Source: Psammoneis japonica
Taxonomy: Eukaryota
Reading direction: 5' to 3'
Assembly: GCA_008632985.1 (NCBI GenBank)
Contig: QPGO01000009.1
Coordinates: 496,001 to 560,000 of the forward strand
DNA: 64,000 bases
Numbering within the stretch: the stretch's first letter is position 1; the number at the start of each line of letters is the position of its first letter. Shown piece after piece: positions 51,801 through 63,608 of the stretch. The notes under the pieces are model-generated. The model saw only the letters and a list, made by a program, of their open reading frames with translations, made no database searches and was not told the DNA's origin. The position numbers and the translations under genes were made by a program.

Positions 51801-54800
51801 GACCGTTGACGATGACAGGGTGCAGAGGTTGCACTGAATTCACTTTTCACCGCTGCGCATCATCTTTGCAGGAGAAACATGGACATGAATCCAAACTTAG
51901 ATTTGTTGTTAAGTCTGGTTCATGGGGAAAACACAGAAGACGTTCGTCGTGCACGTGCACTGCAAGCCGGCGCCGACCCAAACCATGCTGTGATTTGGAG
52001 TGATGATGTTGTTTTGTTGCCCATCCTGTTTTTTGCTGCCACTCCGATGCCAAGAAACCTCGATGCAAAATTGCAACTCTTGCTGGACGCTGGGGCACGC
52101 TTGAATGTTCGATGTGGACGCCATGGTTGGACCCCCTTGCACTGCGCGTGCGCTCTCGGGCGTGTGTCCTTGGTTTGGACAATCGTGTCAAACGGTTCGG
52201 AAATCAACGGAAGAGAAACCAGGCATGGTCACACGCCTCTGCATCTCGCCGCAATGAACGGACACGGTGATGTCTGTCGGTTTTTCTGCAGAACAATGCT
52301 GGTGTGGATTTGAAGTCACCAGGTGGCCTCACAGCTCTTCACATTGCTGTGAGCAGCTCGGGTCAAGAAAGCATTGTGAGACTGCTTTTGGAGCATGGAG
52401 CCAATGTGAGTGCCACAAGTGACAATGGAAACACGCCATTGCATTCTGCTGGCGGGCATGGCAGCGAAAGCATTGCAAGACTGCTGTCAGAGCACGGCAC
52501 TGATTTGAAGTCTAGAGCCCAGGATGGGTTGACACCATTGGACTGTTCCATCAAACATGGCAACCACGGTGCCACCTCTGCCTTGATGGAAGCACATGGG
52601 CAACAACTGTTGTTGCACGATGACATTCCGCCAGCACTCTGGGCCCATGTGTTGGCCAAGGTGGGGAGCAGGAGCACAGATGTGTCCAGAGTGGGCCTTG
52701 TTTTCTCTTTGCTTTGTGAGAAGCCGGATCTTGCTTGGTGGCTTTGTTGCATTTGCTGTTCAAAGATGCATTGGGAGCAGCCATTCTTTGTCCAATGCAC
52801 TGGAAACCACACATCCGCCCATCGTTCTGCTGGCAACAGATTTGCTGTCTACTTTTCTTTCATCTCTGAGGAACATTGAAAGCCAAACAGCACTGCCTGC
52901 ATCCTCTGGAGAGCAATGATGAGGCTGACCACCAAAAACCAACGCACTGCATCCAAGCAAGCATCGCCTTGATCCAATTGGGCCTGGCCTCAATGCGCTG
53001 GGGCTAGACCTGCATCCTTTCTACTGTGCAGCCACAGCCAGGGAGGGCGGAGCAGTGGCAGTGGTGTTTCAAGTGTGCGGTGTGCACCAGGTTCATTGCA
53101 GCATTGTGTTTTGTGGCAAGCACATGCAGGCCGTCAAGACTCACTCTTTCATCAAGACTGTGTCGACACCACGCGTGCAATGCTCGTGACAATTCGTCAC
53201 TGGTTCAACAACAAAATTGCCATGATCAAAAGTGTGTTGATGTCCCATTTCCAATTGCATGGCTTGAGAAACGTGTTGGATGGGTGCCATGGTCCATCCC
53301 TTGACATTGGCAATCTCTCAAAGACAGTGTCATTGTTGTTGGTAAAAAGCAGAGGATTGCCAAAGGCAAGACTGGCTTGTGTCGTGCCCCGTTTCCAAGG
53401 TTGGATCAAGGAAGAGAGCGGAGCCACACTGTCATCATTGTCCTTCTTGTCGTCACAATGATCCGTCATCAAGACGTCCTTGTTGACCCAATGTCATGTG
53501 GGAATGTGTGTTTTCCAACAACTGGACATTGCGATTCTGTCCAGTCCACGGATGCACAACATTTTGATTGGACTCCAATTCAATTTGATCTTGAGGAGTG
53601 TCGCACGGAGTGAATCGATTTTTGATCAAGCTTCCAACAAAACGCTTCACCACTGCCATGACAGTGGCGACCCTGTGGATGCCATGGACTGCTTGCAAAG
53701 GAACCAAAGACGTGGTCCCATCCAAGGTTTTTCAATGGCAAGAATTGGTTCATGCCGAACCACGAATGTGTGACAGCAGACATCGCACGCGACACTCCAT
53801 TGCACAGTGGCGAGCATTTGAGCCAATGATTGTCTTGTTGAATGCAAAAGGGCAATTGATGCGCACGGAGTGTGTCCATCATTGGTGGTGACAGGACGTG
53901 TGGGGCAACCCGTGTCGGGCACGTGCATCACCAAAATGACAGACAACAGGTGATGTCATGCTTTTTTCTTTTTCTTTTGAATCTTTGTCTTGCAGTGCTT
54001 GTTTTTGATTTTCTTGTTGTTTCATTCCAAAGAGCTTGTCAAGCAAGATGGTTGTCCGTTCTTCTTGTTGTTTCTGCGGTGCTTCTCCTTGGAGAGAATG
54101 CGCAGAGGATGGTGGCGGTTTGGGTGCATGCTCGAGCCATGCATGCTGTTTCCTTTTGAAAGGATGGCCCCCTCTTGACTCAATTTGGGTCGAGAAAAAG
54201 TCTGGGCTGCTGTCGCAGTGGGTTGACAAACTCGGCTCTGCTTTCATTGTCGTCATCACAAAGTGGATCGCTGCTTTGTGCGAGCTGCTGCCACCACACA
54301 AGACTCTGTAAACAGCGACAGCATCACGCATCAACATCTCACAGATTGAAGATCAAAGATGACATGATGTGTCATTCAACACAGGCATCGCCAATCTAAT
54401 CGAAATCGCGGGCATTTTTTTACCTGGTGTGGGCAGCAGGTTTTGATCAACTCGACTCGAGCGAAGCGAGAGTTGCAAAAGTGACCCGGATGTTAAAGTG
54501 GGGAGAACAAACAACTCTGCACAAGCACCCATCACCAAAGGCATCTCCTCTCAAAAGGACAAGGAACAACATTTGAAGCAAAGTGCAACATGCAGACAAG
54601 GAGCTTGTGCCAAAACAGAGTGTCTGGCCACAGCACCAGTGGCTGCAACAAAAGGCAAAGCAAGAACAAGCAAAAAAGAGGCAGCGCCAGAGGAGGAGGG
54701 GCAAGAGCAGGGGTGCAGAGAGGAGAGTGGTGTGTGCTGTGCACTGAAGAGCTGGGTGGAAGGGGTGAACAAAATGCCAAAAAGGGAAAATTGTGAGACT

Positions 54801-55920
54801 GCATTGGGTGCCAAAAGCAAGCAGCAGTTGAGAGATGTTCTGCAGCGTGTTTTGTGCTGTGACCCAGCAGCAAGAGAGCTGGCTGCTGCCCCCCAGCTGG
54901 CCCCAGCCAAGAAGGCCGAAGGTTGTCCGCAGCCAAGCAGCACCCCACAAAGTGTTTTCAATGCCATTTTGGGGTGTGTGACAGCTGCGCCAGTTGAGAT
55001 TTGCCTCACAATTTGGTGTGAAACAAAGTGTGGCGTGCAGACAAGGAGAGAGTTTGTGCAGAACCAGTGTGTCCAGCTGCAGCTCTGATGGCTGCAAGAG
55101 GCAAAGCAAAAGATGCCAGGATGGCACCACATGCCAGCTCTCACAGAGAGCCCTGCTGCAGGCTGCATCTTAAAGAAACAGGTGGAAGGGATGAACAAGA
55201 TGCCAAAAGAGAGACTTGTGAGACGGCTTTGGGTGCCAAAAGCACAAGCAGCTGAGATGCTCTGCACAGCACAACCCAGCAAGAGCTCATTGCCACAACA
55301 GCAAGCCAGCTGAGAAACTCTGCATGTTGTCCATGACCAAGCAACACCTTGCAAACTGCAAAGTGTTCTCAGCACCACTTTGGGGTTTGGCCCAGTTGTT
55401 GTTGAGAGCTGCCTCACAAAAAACTGCTGCTTTGGTGCTTGTTGCAGATCTGGAAAATCATCTCTTTGCAGCTTTGGCAAGGAGCTCTCCAGCATGATGA
55501 TCATGAACAAAAGCAGCAACAGCAGCAGCAGCAGCAAAAAGCAGTGCTGTGTGTTGGAGCAGCAAGAAGCCAGAGTAACAACAAAAAGAAAAGACAAAAA
55601 GTGCAGACAAGTTCACAGGTGTGCAGCATCTGAGGTGGCCAGAAATGATCTCCAGCACATGCCAAAGCCAAAGCCCAAGGTGGGCAGCAGCAGAAAGCAG
55701 AATCAGGGCAAGGAAACAAAGGCTTGCTTTTGTGAGGATGGCATGAGCAAAGTCAAGAAGCCACAGCGCCAAGCTTTTCGGATGAATTGCACAATTTTTG
55801 TTAAGAAATCAAAAACAAACGGGAAAATCGGCGAAAGCGTCATTGAGACATCATGCCGTAAAGTGAGACACCGGCGGCACGCATCATTGTGGTGCTGCAG
55901 TTTGTTGCGTGGTGCCTGCG
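48900..55920. other. TpA-depleted hypermutated domain (CpG loss variable)
   Basis: TA nearly absent. CpG is retained at ~49000-49600, 51800-52300 and 55750-55920, and lost in the cores. Includes an internal repeat (~54760 vs ~55185). Confidence 0.85.
51879..52750 (+). pseudogene. Ankyrin-repeat gene remnant, hypermutated
   Basis: GWTPLHCAC, GHTPLHLAAMNGH, GLTALHIA, GNTPLHSA, GLTPLDC. Frameshift near 52290. No Tyr in the ankyrin region. Confidence 0.85.
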
Positions 55921-56012
55921 AAGCATACATATTCATCGATGTATGTCGGTAATCCAAACTGAAAATTGACCCATTACCTTTCTGTCTTTCTTCATAATTG
56001 TGGATGTCACTT

Positions 56013-56112
56013 TATAGCGTACATAGGGGAGATTTGTAGCGTACATAGAGGCAGAATGACCCTATAACGTCAGCAGCTCTCTATGTACGCTATAAACTTT
56101 ATAGCGTACATA
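56013..56112. repeat. Cluster of an 11-bp motif TAGCGTACATA (three direct copies, one inverted)
   Basis: Direct copies near 56015, 56037 and 56102; inverted ctatgtacgcta at 56081-56092. Confidence 0.85.
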
Positions 56113-56529
56113 TTATTTCCACGAGCATTGTATTGCTAACGAATCCAAATAATTTTATTTCTATATTTGACCGTAAATGCAGTGTTTATTATTTTCATAA
56201 ATAAAATCCGTGAGACATGAAGACACGTCGGACATTTTCCTACTTAGGTTGATGACATCATCTATCACTATTTTAATTAAGCCTTCGACGCCAAACGAGG
56301 CCGGTGTCAGGCAGTTCCGACGCACGCCTACCCAGAAAGACCCTTATGACGTCATTTATGACGCAAGTTAAACTCACACTAAATGTTCGAATAAAAGTTA
56401 CCTAAATGCAATTGTCACGTTTCTTCGCCAATAAAGTCTAACGAACAAGCAATCGTCCGGGACAACAAATGACAAACACTAGATCGGTGACTCCTGTAGC
56501 CCCTCAATTTTAACAATGCAGCACAATTT

Positions 56530-59500
56530 ACAGCAAAAGTGTTGTGTCATGTACAGCATGTGCGTGTCGATGGAAATCACGACAAAGATCATTTGTTGCC
56601 TCACACAAAGACTTTTGCCGAAGTCGTCAAGAGCTCAAAAACCAAAACTCCAAAACCAGCAAACGAAAAACGCTTGGCCACAGCGCTGAAGATTGCAGCG
56701 GCATTCCGAGTTTGGGTTCGAGATGATTGCTTTGATTGAGCCCAGCACATGCCATTTAAATTGTGTCAAAACCAACTTTGCACTTGACTGACACGATTGC
56801 CTTCCCGCGAAAATTTGAACGATGAAAGCACGCACTTGGCCACACACTTTCGTCATCTCACAATCGCAGCTCTGGCAAGAAAGCAAAGTGTCGCATCAAC
56901 AATGTCACCATGTTGTGCACTTTCATCTTCTTGAGTGCCTTGTTTCTCTTTGATGAATCTGGCCGAACCATGGATGAGTTCAGCCCAGTTGGCGCAATTT
57001 GCTGGTTCCTCGTGTTTCTCTTTTTGAGAGAAGTCAACGTCTGGTTGTTCGCGGTTTTTTGCCTCATCTGTCTCTTTCTGGTCTTCAAGGAGCAATGCCA
57101 GATGCACCTTTGCGACAAGGGCTGGACCACCACTTTGACCTTTGAAGACAACAAGCCATTTTTGTCGCAAGTTCTCCATTGCTCTTGTTTGAACTGCCTG
57201 TTGCGACGCCATGTGTTTCTGATGTCCCGTTCGTTCTTTTGTTTTTCTCGCATTCAGCCCTGATTGTGGCATTGGTTGGAACGACAACGTCAAAGTTTTG
57301 CCAAGCCCTCCCATGCACCAGCTCAGCTCTGCTCACTGTGATGGTTGCACGTGGCAGAGCTTTCCGAACGTCAAGTTGAATTCTGTCTGGTCGTCCATCG
57401 TCAGATCTCCCATCTGGAGCCCAGTCTATCTCTTCTTCGTCAAGTTCAAGAAATTCTTGCTGAAGTGTGTGGGTCTCGTCATTGGCATGTCCAAGGGATG
57501 CATCAAGCGTGTCGACTTTGCGAGTGCTGCAGCTGTCTTGAAGTGCTTCGATTTGACTGCTGTTGTTGTCGTGTTTCACTTCGGCATTGCTTTCAAGAAT
57601 TTTGATGTCAGCAGCCTCATGGGATTTCTCTTCCGTCTCATGTTGGTGGCAGCACTGGCCTTTCTCATTCACGTGCATGCGACGGGATTGTGCTTGCCAT
57701 CAACCGAGGACGATCTGTCTGGCCATCGCAACGACCATGTCAAGAAACCTTGTTGGAAGGAGCCAACGTCCAAATTCAAGAAGGGACAGCACGTGCATTG
57801 TTGCCATTCGAACGAGACATTCAGGGCAAAGATTTTGAAGGTTTGCTTCAACGACGACTTTGTCCCATGCTGCGACGTGAAATTGGGCGATGAACGCGAG
57901 AAGCAGACGACCGATGACCACCTTTCGGACAAGCTGGGGTCGGGTCACTTTTGATTTTTCAGTGACATCTTTGACGACCATCCGGATTGCGACTTGTGAG
58001 GTTCTCAATGGGGAGGGGAGGGGACATCGTTGTTGCAGTCTTGTGACGATTGTCATTCCAACAAGATGTTCGACTGGGGAGAATTGCCGAGCATTTTTAT
58101 GGGGGTGCGGCTGTGACTTGCAGTTCTGGCTCGCTTTTTCGAAAAGCAGGCCTTTGCTGTCAAAATGAGAGGTGCAACCATTGAAGTGCTTTGTGAAGGA
58201 CACTTTGATTGATCACGTTGGGTCTTGAATTCAAGCTTGTGTTGGATGCACAGGGCCCTGTGTGCCTCGAGCTGATTCCGAAGCATGTCTTTGTTTTTGA
58301 ACAACATGTGATCGAGAACAAGAGATCCATGTGTCATTCAAACTCACACTCATTTTATGGACATGTAAATTGAGTTGTTTCTGAAACAAAATCCGAAAGA
58401 GGCGCCTTCTTTTTGAAAGCAGAGTCAAGTGGAAAAGGAAAATTGAAGCCAAGGAAACACTGCTCGAGACGAGAAACGCATGGAGACACTTTTTTCTGTT
58501 CTGGTTCAGTTGGGTGATCTGTCATTGCTTTCATTCGATCAAGATGAGCAGAGTCTTGTAAAATGCAAACATGAAATAAAAATGAAAATTTGATCAACAC
58601 TTCTCCATCTCGTTGTGAACCAGTTTTAATGGCACCATTCGTCATTCGTGTCGCAATCGATCAATCGAAGGCTGAGGACGCCACCACGGCATCGGCAGAC
58701 CAGCGCGGCACCCATTTGCTGCGGACTGGTTCCTTCTCAACAATGGGGTCCGTCTCAAGCACAAGAACAGCAGTGCAGTCTATCCTGACAAATTGACACT
58801 GCGACAGCCACCATCTGCTGCCAGTTGTAAAAAACAAAGTGAAGCCCTCCCGAGAACGAAGTTGTCTGATGTCCGACCGAAACAAGGTTGGGTGGAATGC
58901 CGGGCATGTCACTCGCAACTTCAGCACACTGAACATGGTTCGACAACACTGCCAAGTGTCGAGTGTCAGATCATTGCAGTCACAGAGTTCAGAGTGGAAG
59001 GCCTCCGGTGAGTTCAAATCACAAAAATCACCGGACGATGGACGACGGACGGAAAACATGGGCGATTTCCAAAGAAAACAGGCGCACTTTCAAAAATTCG
59101 GTGTGCACACCCAATCCACACAAAATGTGCGTACGTAAAAATGCACTGCAAAATTCGTAGAGATGTTCATTTGAACTCACTTCACACACAAACATCACGG
59201 CAATGATGCCGCGACATCGGCAATGGACGCACACAACAACGACAGCGGACTGGGAGGTTGTGATGCACCGAGACAACAACTGATGTGATGAGAAATGAGA
59301 CATCAATGTCAAATGACAATGATCAAGTTGTTTTGGGAGCTGGTTGAGCCATTGGTGACGAAGGGTTTTTGGCACGTGCAACTTGGCACTGAAATCACGC
59401 AGAGGTTTTGGCCACGGTGGGACTGTTGTTTTTCACTTTTTTTGGGTGCATTTTGTGTTTTCTTGGTCGATCGCATTGACGAAGCACTGAAGTGAGCACG

Positions 59501-59650
59501 AGACAACAGATTTTGATGAAAAGTTGGATTTTCATTCATTGTGGAGGATTGGCACGGGGTTTTTAACACGGTGAAGCACGGGGGGGCGATTTTTTTCACC
59601 AGATTTGCAAGATCCTGCATCCCATCCAATTCGCGTGCGCAACACCAGTG
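56530..59650. other. TpA-depleted but CpG-rich domain with unidentified coding remnants, including a small SH3/Tudor-like motif at ~57772-57933 (+)
   Basis: TA rare while CG is frequent. KFKKGQHVHCC..AKILKVCFNDDFVPCCDVKLGDEREKQT resembles a 'DD..PYY.I.L.DGREKQT' motif I recall from diatom proteins, with Y->C/H. Confidence 0.7.
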
Positions 59651-60013
59651 GATTCATGTACTTTTTATACGCAAGAAGCGCAATGATGTCGATGTACCCG
59701 ACATGATAGACTTCCCGTGCTGTTGTCGTAATGAGTGAAATCTTGTTGTGTTCGGTGCGTAGAGTCTAGCACTGTTTGTCCGTATGTAGACGAGTGCTGC
59801 GCACCGCACTTTTGGAAAGTACGCCACTCCATTATTTCCTTATTTCCTTGGCAGGAGGAGCGCGTCGCGCGTGCGGTTCAAGGAAGTTAGACGGGACTGA
59901 TTCAGTCACGTGCTCATCATTCCTCAAAACAGCACACACCATGAGAATCGGAGCGGCCTATTAGACTAATTCCGATCCTTTCAACAATACCAACGCTTTC
60001 TACTAGTCTTTAC

Positions 60014-60760
60014 CTACATATTGAAACAACTTATGTTGCTCATTTGAAGGTAAGCAGGTAATGCACCAGAATTGGTCTCATCACGAACATCTTCTAGCCC
60101 AACATCACAATTCAGATCATCTCCAAGTTCTTCCAATTGATCTTTAATTTTCTTGGCATCAAAAGCTTTGGAAAGAGGAGCCGGAACAGAGACGAGGCCA
60201 TTCATAAAGTCGTTCCGCCGTGGGGTGCGGGTTCTTCAGCAGTCTCAAGAGAATCGATATTGACACCCAACCTTGCCGACAAGGAAGTGACCTTGTGTAC
60301 AATACCAAGTAGGTTGGCTCCACTCAATGTCACAGGCCCAGTGTCTGAAGATTGCAGTAGCGCGTAGGCAGATTGAAAAATGACGTACTTCAGAGCGAAC
60401 TCAAGAACAGCAATACTCGCAGCATTTTCAAATACTAGGAGTAACTCACATCCTACTGGACTGGACACTCGTTCGGTTTTTGAATATCCGTTTCAAAAAC
60501 ACTAGTACTCATACCCTCAATGGTTTGTAGCGCTTCACGGCGTGCATGGGGGACGGCACTTGGACCATCATCATCGCACTAAACAAAGGAGAAGCCATGA
60601 TGGACGCCCTTGATTCACCTACATTGCCGCCAGCCTCTAATACATGCTTTTCAAGTTTACTTCAAATGGCTGGACGATCGACTCCAGCCGCGTTGATGCC
60701 CAACTGCACATTCTTGTCGGTGCTAAAGTATGAAGCTGGTCGAAAGAGAACCGGTGACTG
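60014..60760 (-). pseudogene. Tandem ACT-domain protein (GcvR-like) remnant
   Basis: INAAGVDRP, AGGNVGESR, VTLSGANLLGIVHKVTS..GVNIDSLET..APHGGTTL, IKDQLEELGDDLNCDV. Interrupted by a stop and frameshifts. Confidence 0.7.
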
Positions 60761-61374
60761 CGTAACAAAGAGCCGCCAGGAAAGGAGTTAAGAACAGCAC
60801 GATCTCGATTAATAAGACATGAGAAGTACATGAGAAGTGAAAAACGCGATAGTCTGGACATCGATTTACTACTTTCACGAATGACGGAATACCCATCACA
60901 CACGCATCAGACACTCAAAAAAGAACAATTGAGCAAATCTTTTGGTTTTCTCGATGTATTTTCTCACGCCGTATTCTCTCAATCACAAGACTCAATCATA
61001 ACTCACTCTTACATTCAACGACAAGACACGGCGTGCCATGGTAGCGGTACATGCATGCATGCATCATCATTGTGAAAACACACTTGCAGGCAACACCAGT
61101 TGCTGTCAGCTGTCAGTCTTCTTTCCAAAATTTTCCGTCAACGCTTCGCGTGTCTCATCGCGCTCGTTGGATCTTGGATCTTGAATTTTCAAGTCTGTAT
61201 GCAACTGCTGCCGACGGACGAAGGCAGGACACCCATAGGCTCCCCTATGGGACGGACCGGACACCAGTGCTCTCGACCGTGCGTGCGCGCGTGCGCGCGG
61301 TGACTGGCGTCCCTGAACAAAGAACAAACCCATGCTGGATGCTGGATGCATCAGACGATGATGGCTATTGTACC

Positions 61375-62046
61375 ATGACGAGAGCTCACTTCTTATCATC
61401 AGTCCTTTTATTGGTCATTATGCCAAGGTGCCGTGTCGCTGGATTCTCCGCTCCTTCGTCCCCTCGAGCAACACTGGAAGATTACACTCACTTTCATGGC
61501 ATGCTTTGCAATCCGTGGACAGCAAGACGATGCATTCGAAGTTTCACCGGAAATGTCCTTCTCATACCGAAAGGCAACCATACCACAGAGGATCTGGAGA
61601 GATATGATTTTTCCGATGGAGCGCTGTCTCTGGTAACATATTATCTGCTTGTTTTGATTAGCATGACTGGCCTGTGCAGTTTGTTTCGATTGAATCAGTT
61701 TCTTGTGGCAAAGGAAAATGGCATGATGCAACCCCGTGTCGATCAGAGTGAGGTTGCTGCATCTTTTGACAAGGAGCTTGTTATAGATACAACTATCATG
61801 GACTATTGCAAAGCCAAGAGTCATTCAAAATACCTTTATCTCAAGCGCCAATTTGAATACAATGCACGATTATTGGGCTTGTCCGTAATGATGGTGCATC
61901 TTGAGTGTGACAATAGTAAGTTGCACTTGGTAGAAGTGTATCGGTTCAAGAATGTTATTATCAGGAGATTCTTTGGTGGACTGGGTAGTATCGTGGGATT
62001 TGTTCTGCACAAAGTACGAAGCATGAAAAGGTTAGTGTCGAGGTAA
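61375..62046 (+). CDS. Hypothetical protein with signal peptide + AGF (possible plastid targeting)
   Basis: Open frame with normal composition and a hydrophobic N-terminus. No recognisable domain. Confidence 0.45.
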   Translation: MTRAHFLSSVLLLVIMPRCRVAGFSAPSSPRATLEDYTHFHGMLCNPWTARRCIRSFTGNVLLIPKGNHTTEDLERYDFSDGALSLVTYYLLVLISMTGLCSLFRLNQFLVAKENGMMQPRVDQSEVAASFDKELVIDTTIMDYCKAKSHSKYLYLKRQFEYNARLLGLSVMMVHLECDNSKLHLVEVYRFKNVIIRRFFGGLGSIVGFVLHKVRSMKRLVSR

Positions 62047-62301
62047 CAGCGAGTACTGTATGCCAAAACATGGACTGTACTTTGCCGGTATAACAAAACT
62101 AAGGTAGAGGTAAATTCTTTTCACATTTTGGTGGTTAGCATTAGAGACGAATGAAGCTTCGGATCTAGGAGATCAAAGGTTTCTATAGAAAAGTATGAGA
62201 TGTCAGATGTCAACCGCACGGTGTGTCACATAAGGAAAATAAAAGCACACGTTTCTCGGTGTTCGCCCTCTCCTTATGGTCGTACCGTTCTTGGTAGAAG
62301 T

Positions 62302-62612
62302 ATCTTGAACCCAATCGTCGTTGACATCCATGGCTCCACAGCTGTGTCGATTAATGCTTTTTCCTCTTCCTTATCTGCATGTCTAGCGATCTTGCTTTCA
62401 TCCCATGCACCTTCCCGCGTCTCACAATAGGGCATCTCTGGTTTGGTTTCTGATGACCAACCCACCAATATGTTCTAGCATTATCACACCATGGCGATCC
62501 TTCTAGCATAATCATGGTAGGTCCAAGCACGCGTGTTAGCGACTCAACAACCGTTACCTTTGGCTAGTAATCCTTGTCTGCTTGTATCTGGAACATTTTG
62601 ACTACCCTTACC
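62302..62612 (-). pseudogene. Partial, inverted, degenerate copy of the 5' part of the FG-GAP gene at 35649
   Basis: IQADKDY*, LTRVLGPTMIM, PEMPYCETREGAWDESKIARHADK and GAMDVN match ~35710-36035. Confidence 0.9.
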
Positions 62613-62965
62613 AAGTTGGGCAGCAAATACATATCCTCAGTGCGGAGGTAACCAGCAAAGCTAAGAGCTTTATCTTTCAGTCGGCCATCTGCTGTTCCAC
62701 CACGGACGCCAGGAAAGTCGAGAGGTGTACTATTTTCCCTTTCTTGGTTTTTGTTCTCCTTCATCGTGTACCGGTACGAAGTTTGACTTTCTCAGGAATT
62801 CTTCTCTCCTACGGTGAGCTTACGCAGATTCGTTCGCTAGAGAGCTAAGCCAGATTTTGACGCCTGCGGTAGTTCCTTCCATGGGTCCCTCCTTTCATAT
62901 CGACGGGTTCTAACAATAGCCTTGGCTCAAAAATCGTGGCCTGCTTCCATAGTGCGCCCAACAGC

Positions 62966-63602
62966 TGTCATGTATCCTACCCAAAGTGCGAGCTACATAA
63001 ATAGATGAGATGCCGTCATACTGCCTGACGGTTACGGTACCGGTAAGCCTCTTTACCATCTCGCTCGCTCAGTGGGCACTTTAATGTCTTAACCATTGAA
63101 TCAACTAGTACATCGCCTACGTGGACATATCACCACACGCGACATCCTCCTTACTAGTGACTTCAATGTTCTTCGTTCAACGGAGATCGATTCAGATTTC
63201 TTCGATACTCCTCGTTCCTTTGTCAAGTCGGTTCCCCTGAGATTCCTGATTCCTAGGTCAGAGAATCGGTCTGTACACCGCTCCTTCTCATCCCTTCGAA
63301 CAGAAAGTCTCTTTCGAGTTTCGAACCTTCGACCTCTTTGACCTCACCGCCAATCGGAACTTTCAGCTGCGAAGACCTCGTCTTGCATCCGCTGTGTCAA
63401 GTAGCTATGTAGGTATCTCACCATGTCATGTATCCTACCCAAAGTGCGAGCTACATAAATAGATGAGATGCCGTCATACTGCCTGACGGTTACGGTGCCG
63501 GTAAGCCTCTTTACCATCTCGCTCGCTCAGTGGGCACTTTAATGTCTTAACCATTGAATCAACTAGTGCATCGCCTACGTGGACATGTCACCACACGCGA
63601 CA
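62966..63602 (-). mobile_element. Non-autonomous miniature LTR retroelement (TRIM-like)
   Basis: 179-bp TG...CA direct repeats at 62966-63144 and 63424-63602 around a 279-bp non-coding interior. 6-bp TSD AACAGC (62960-62965 and 63603-63608). On the minus strand, a TGG-starting PBS-like sequence (TGGTGAGATACC) follows one LTR and a purine tract AAGGAGGA precedes the other. Confidence 0.9.
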
Positions 63603-63608
63603 AACAGC

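Noticed and set aside
55510..55540. CAG/CAA microsatellite as a polyQ gene
   Set aside because: Short simple repeat within degraded sequence, with no credible host ORF.
54447..55952. Long ORFs (227-348 aa) as real Cys-rich proteins
   Set aside because: They overlap on both strands, lack domains, and arise from the loss of TAA/TAG stops in a hypermutated domain.
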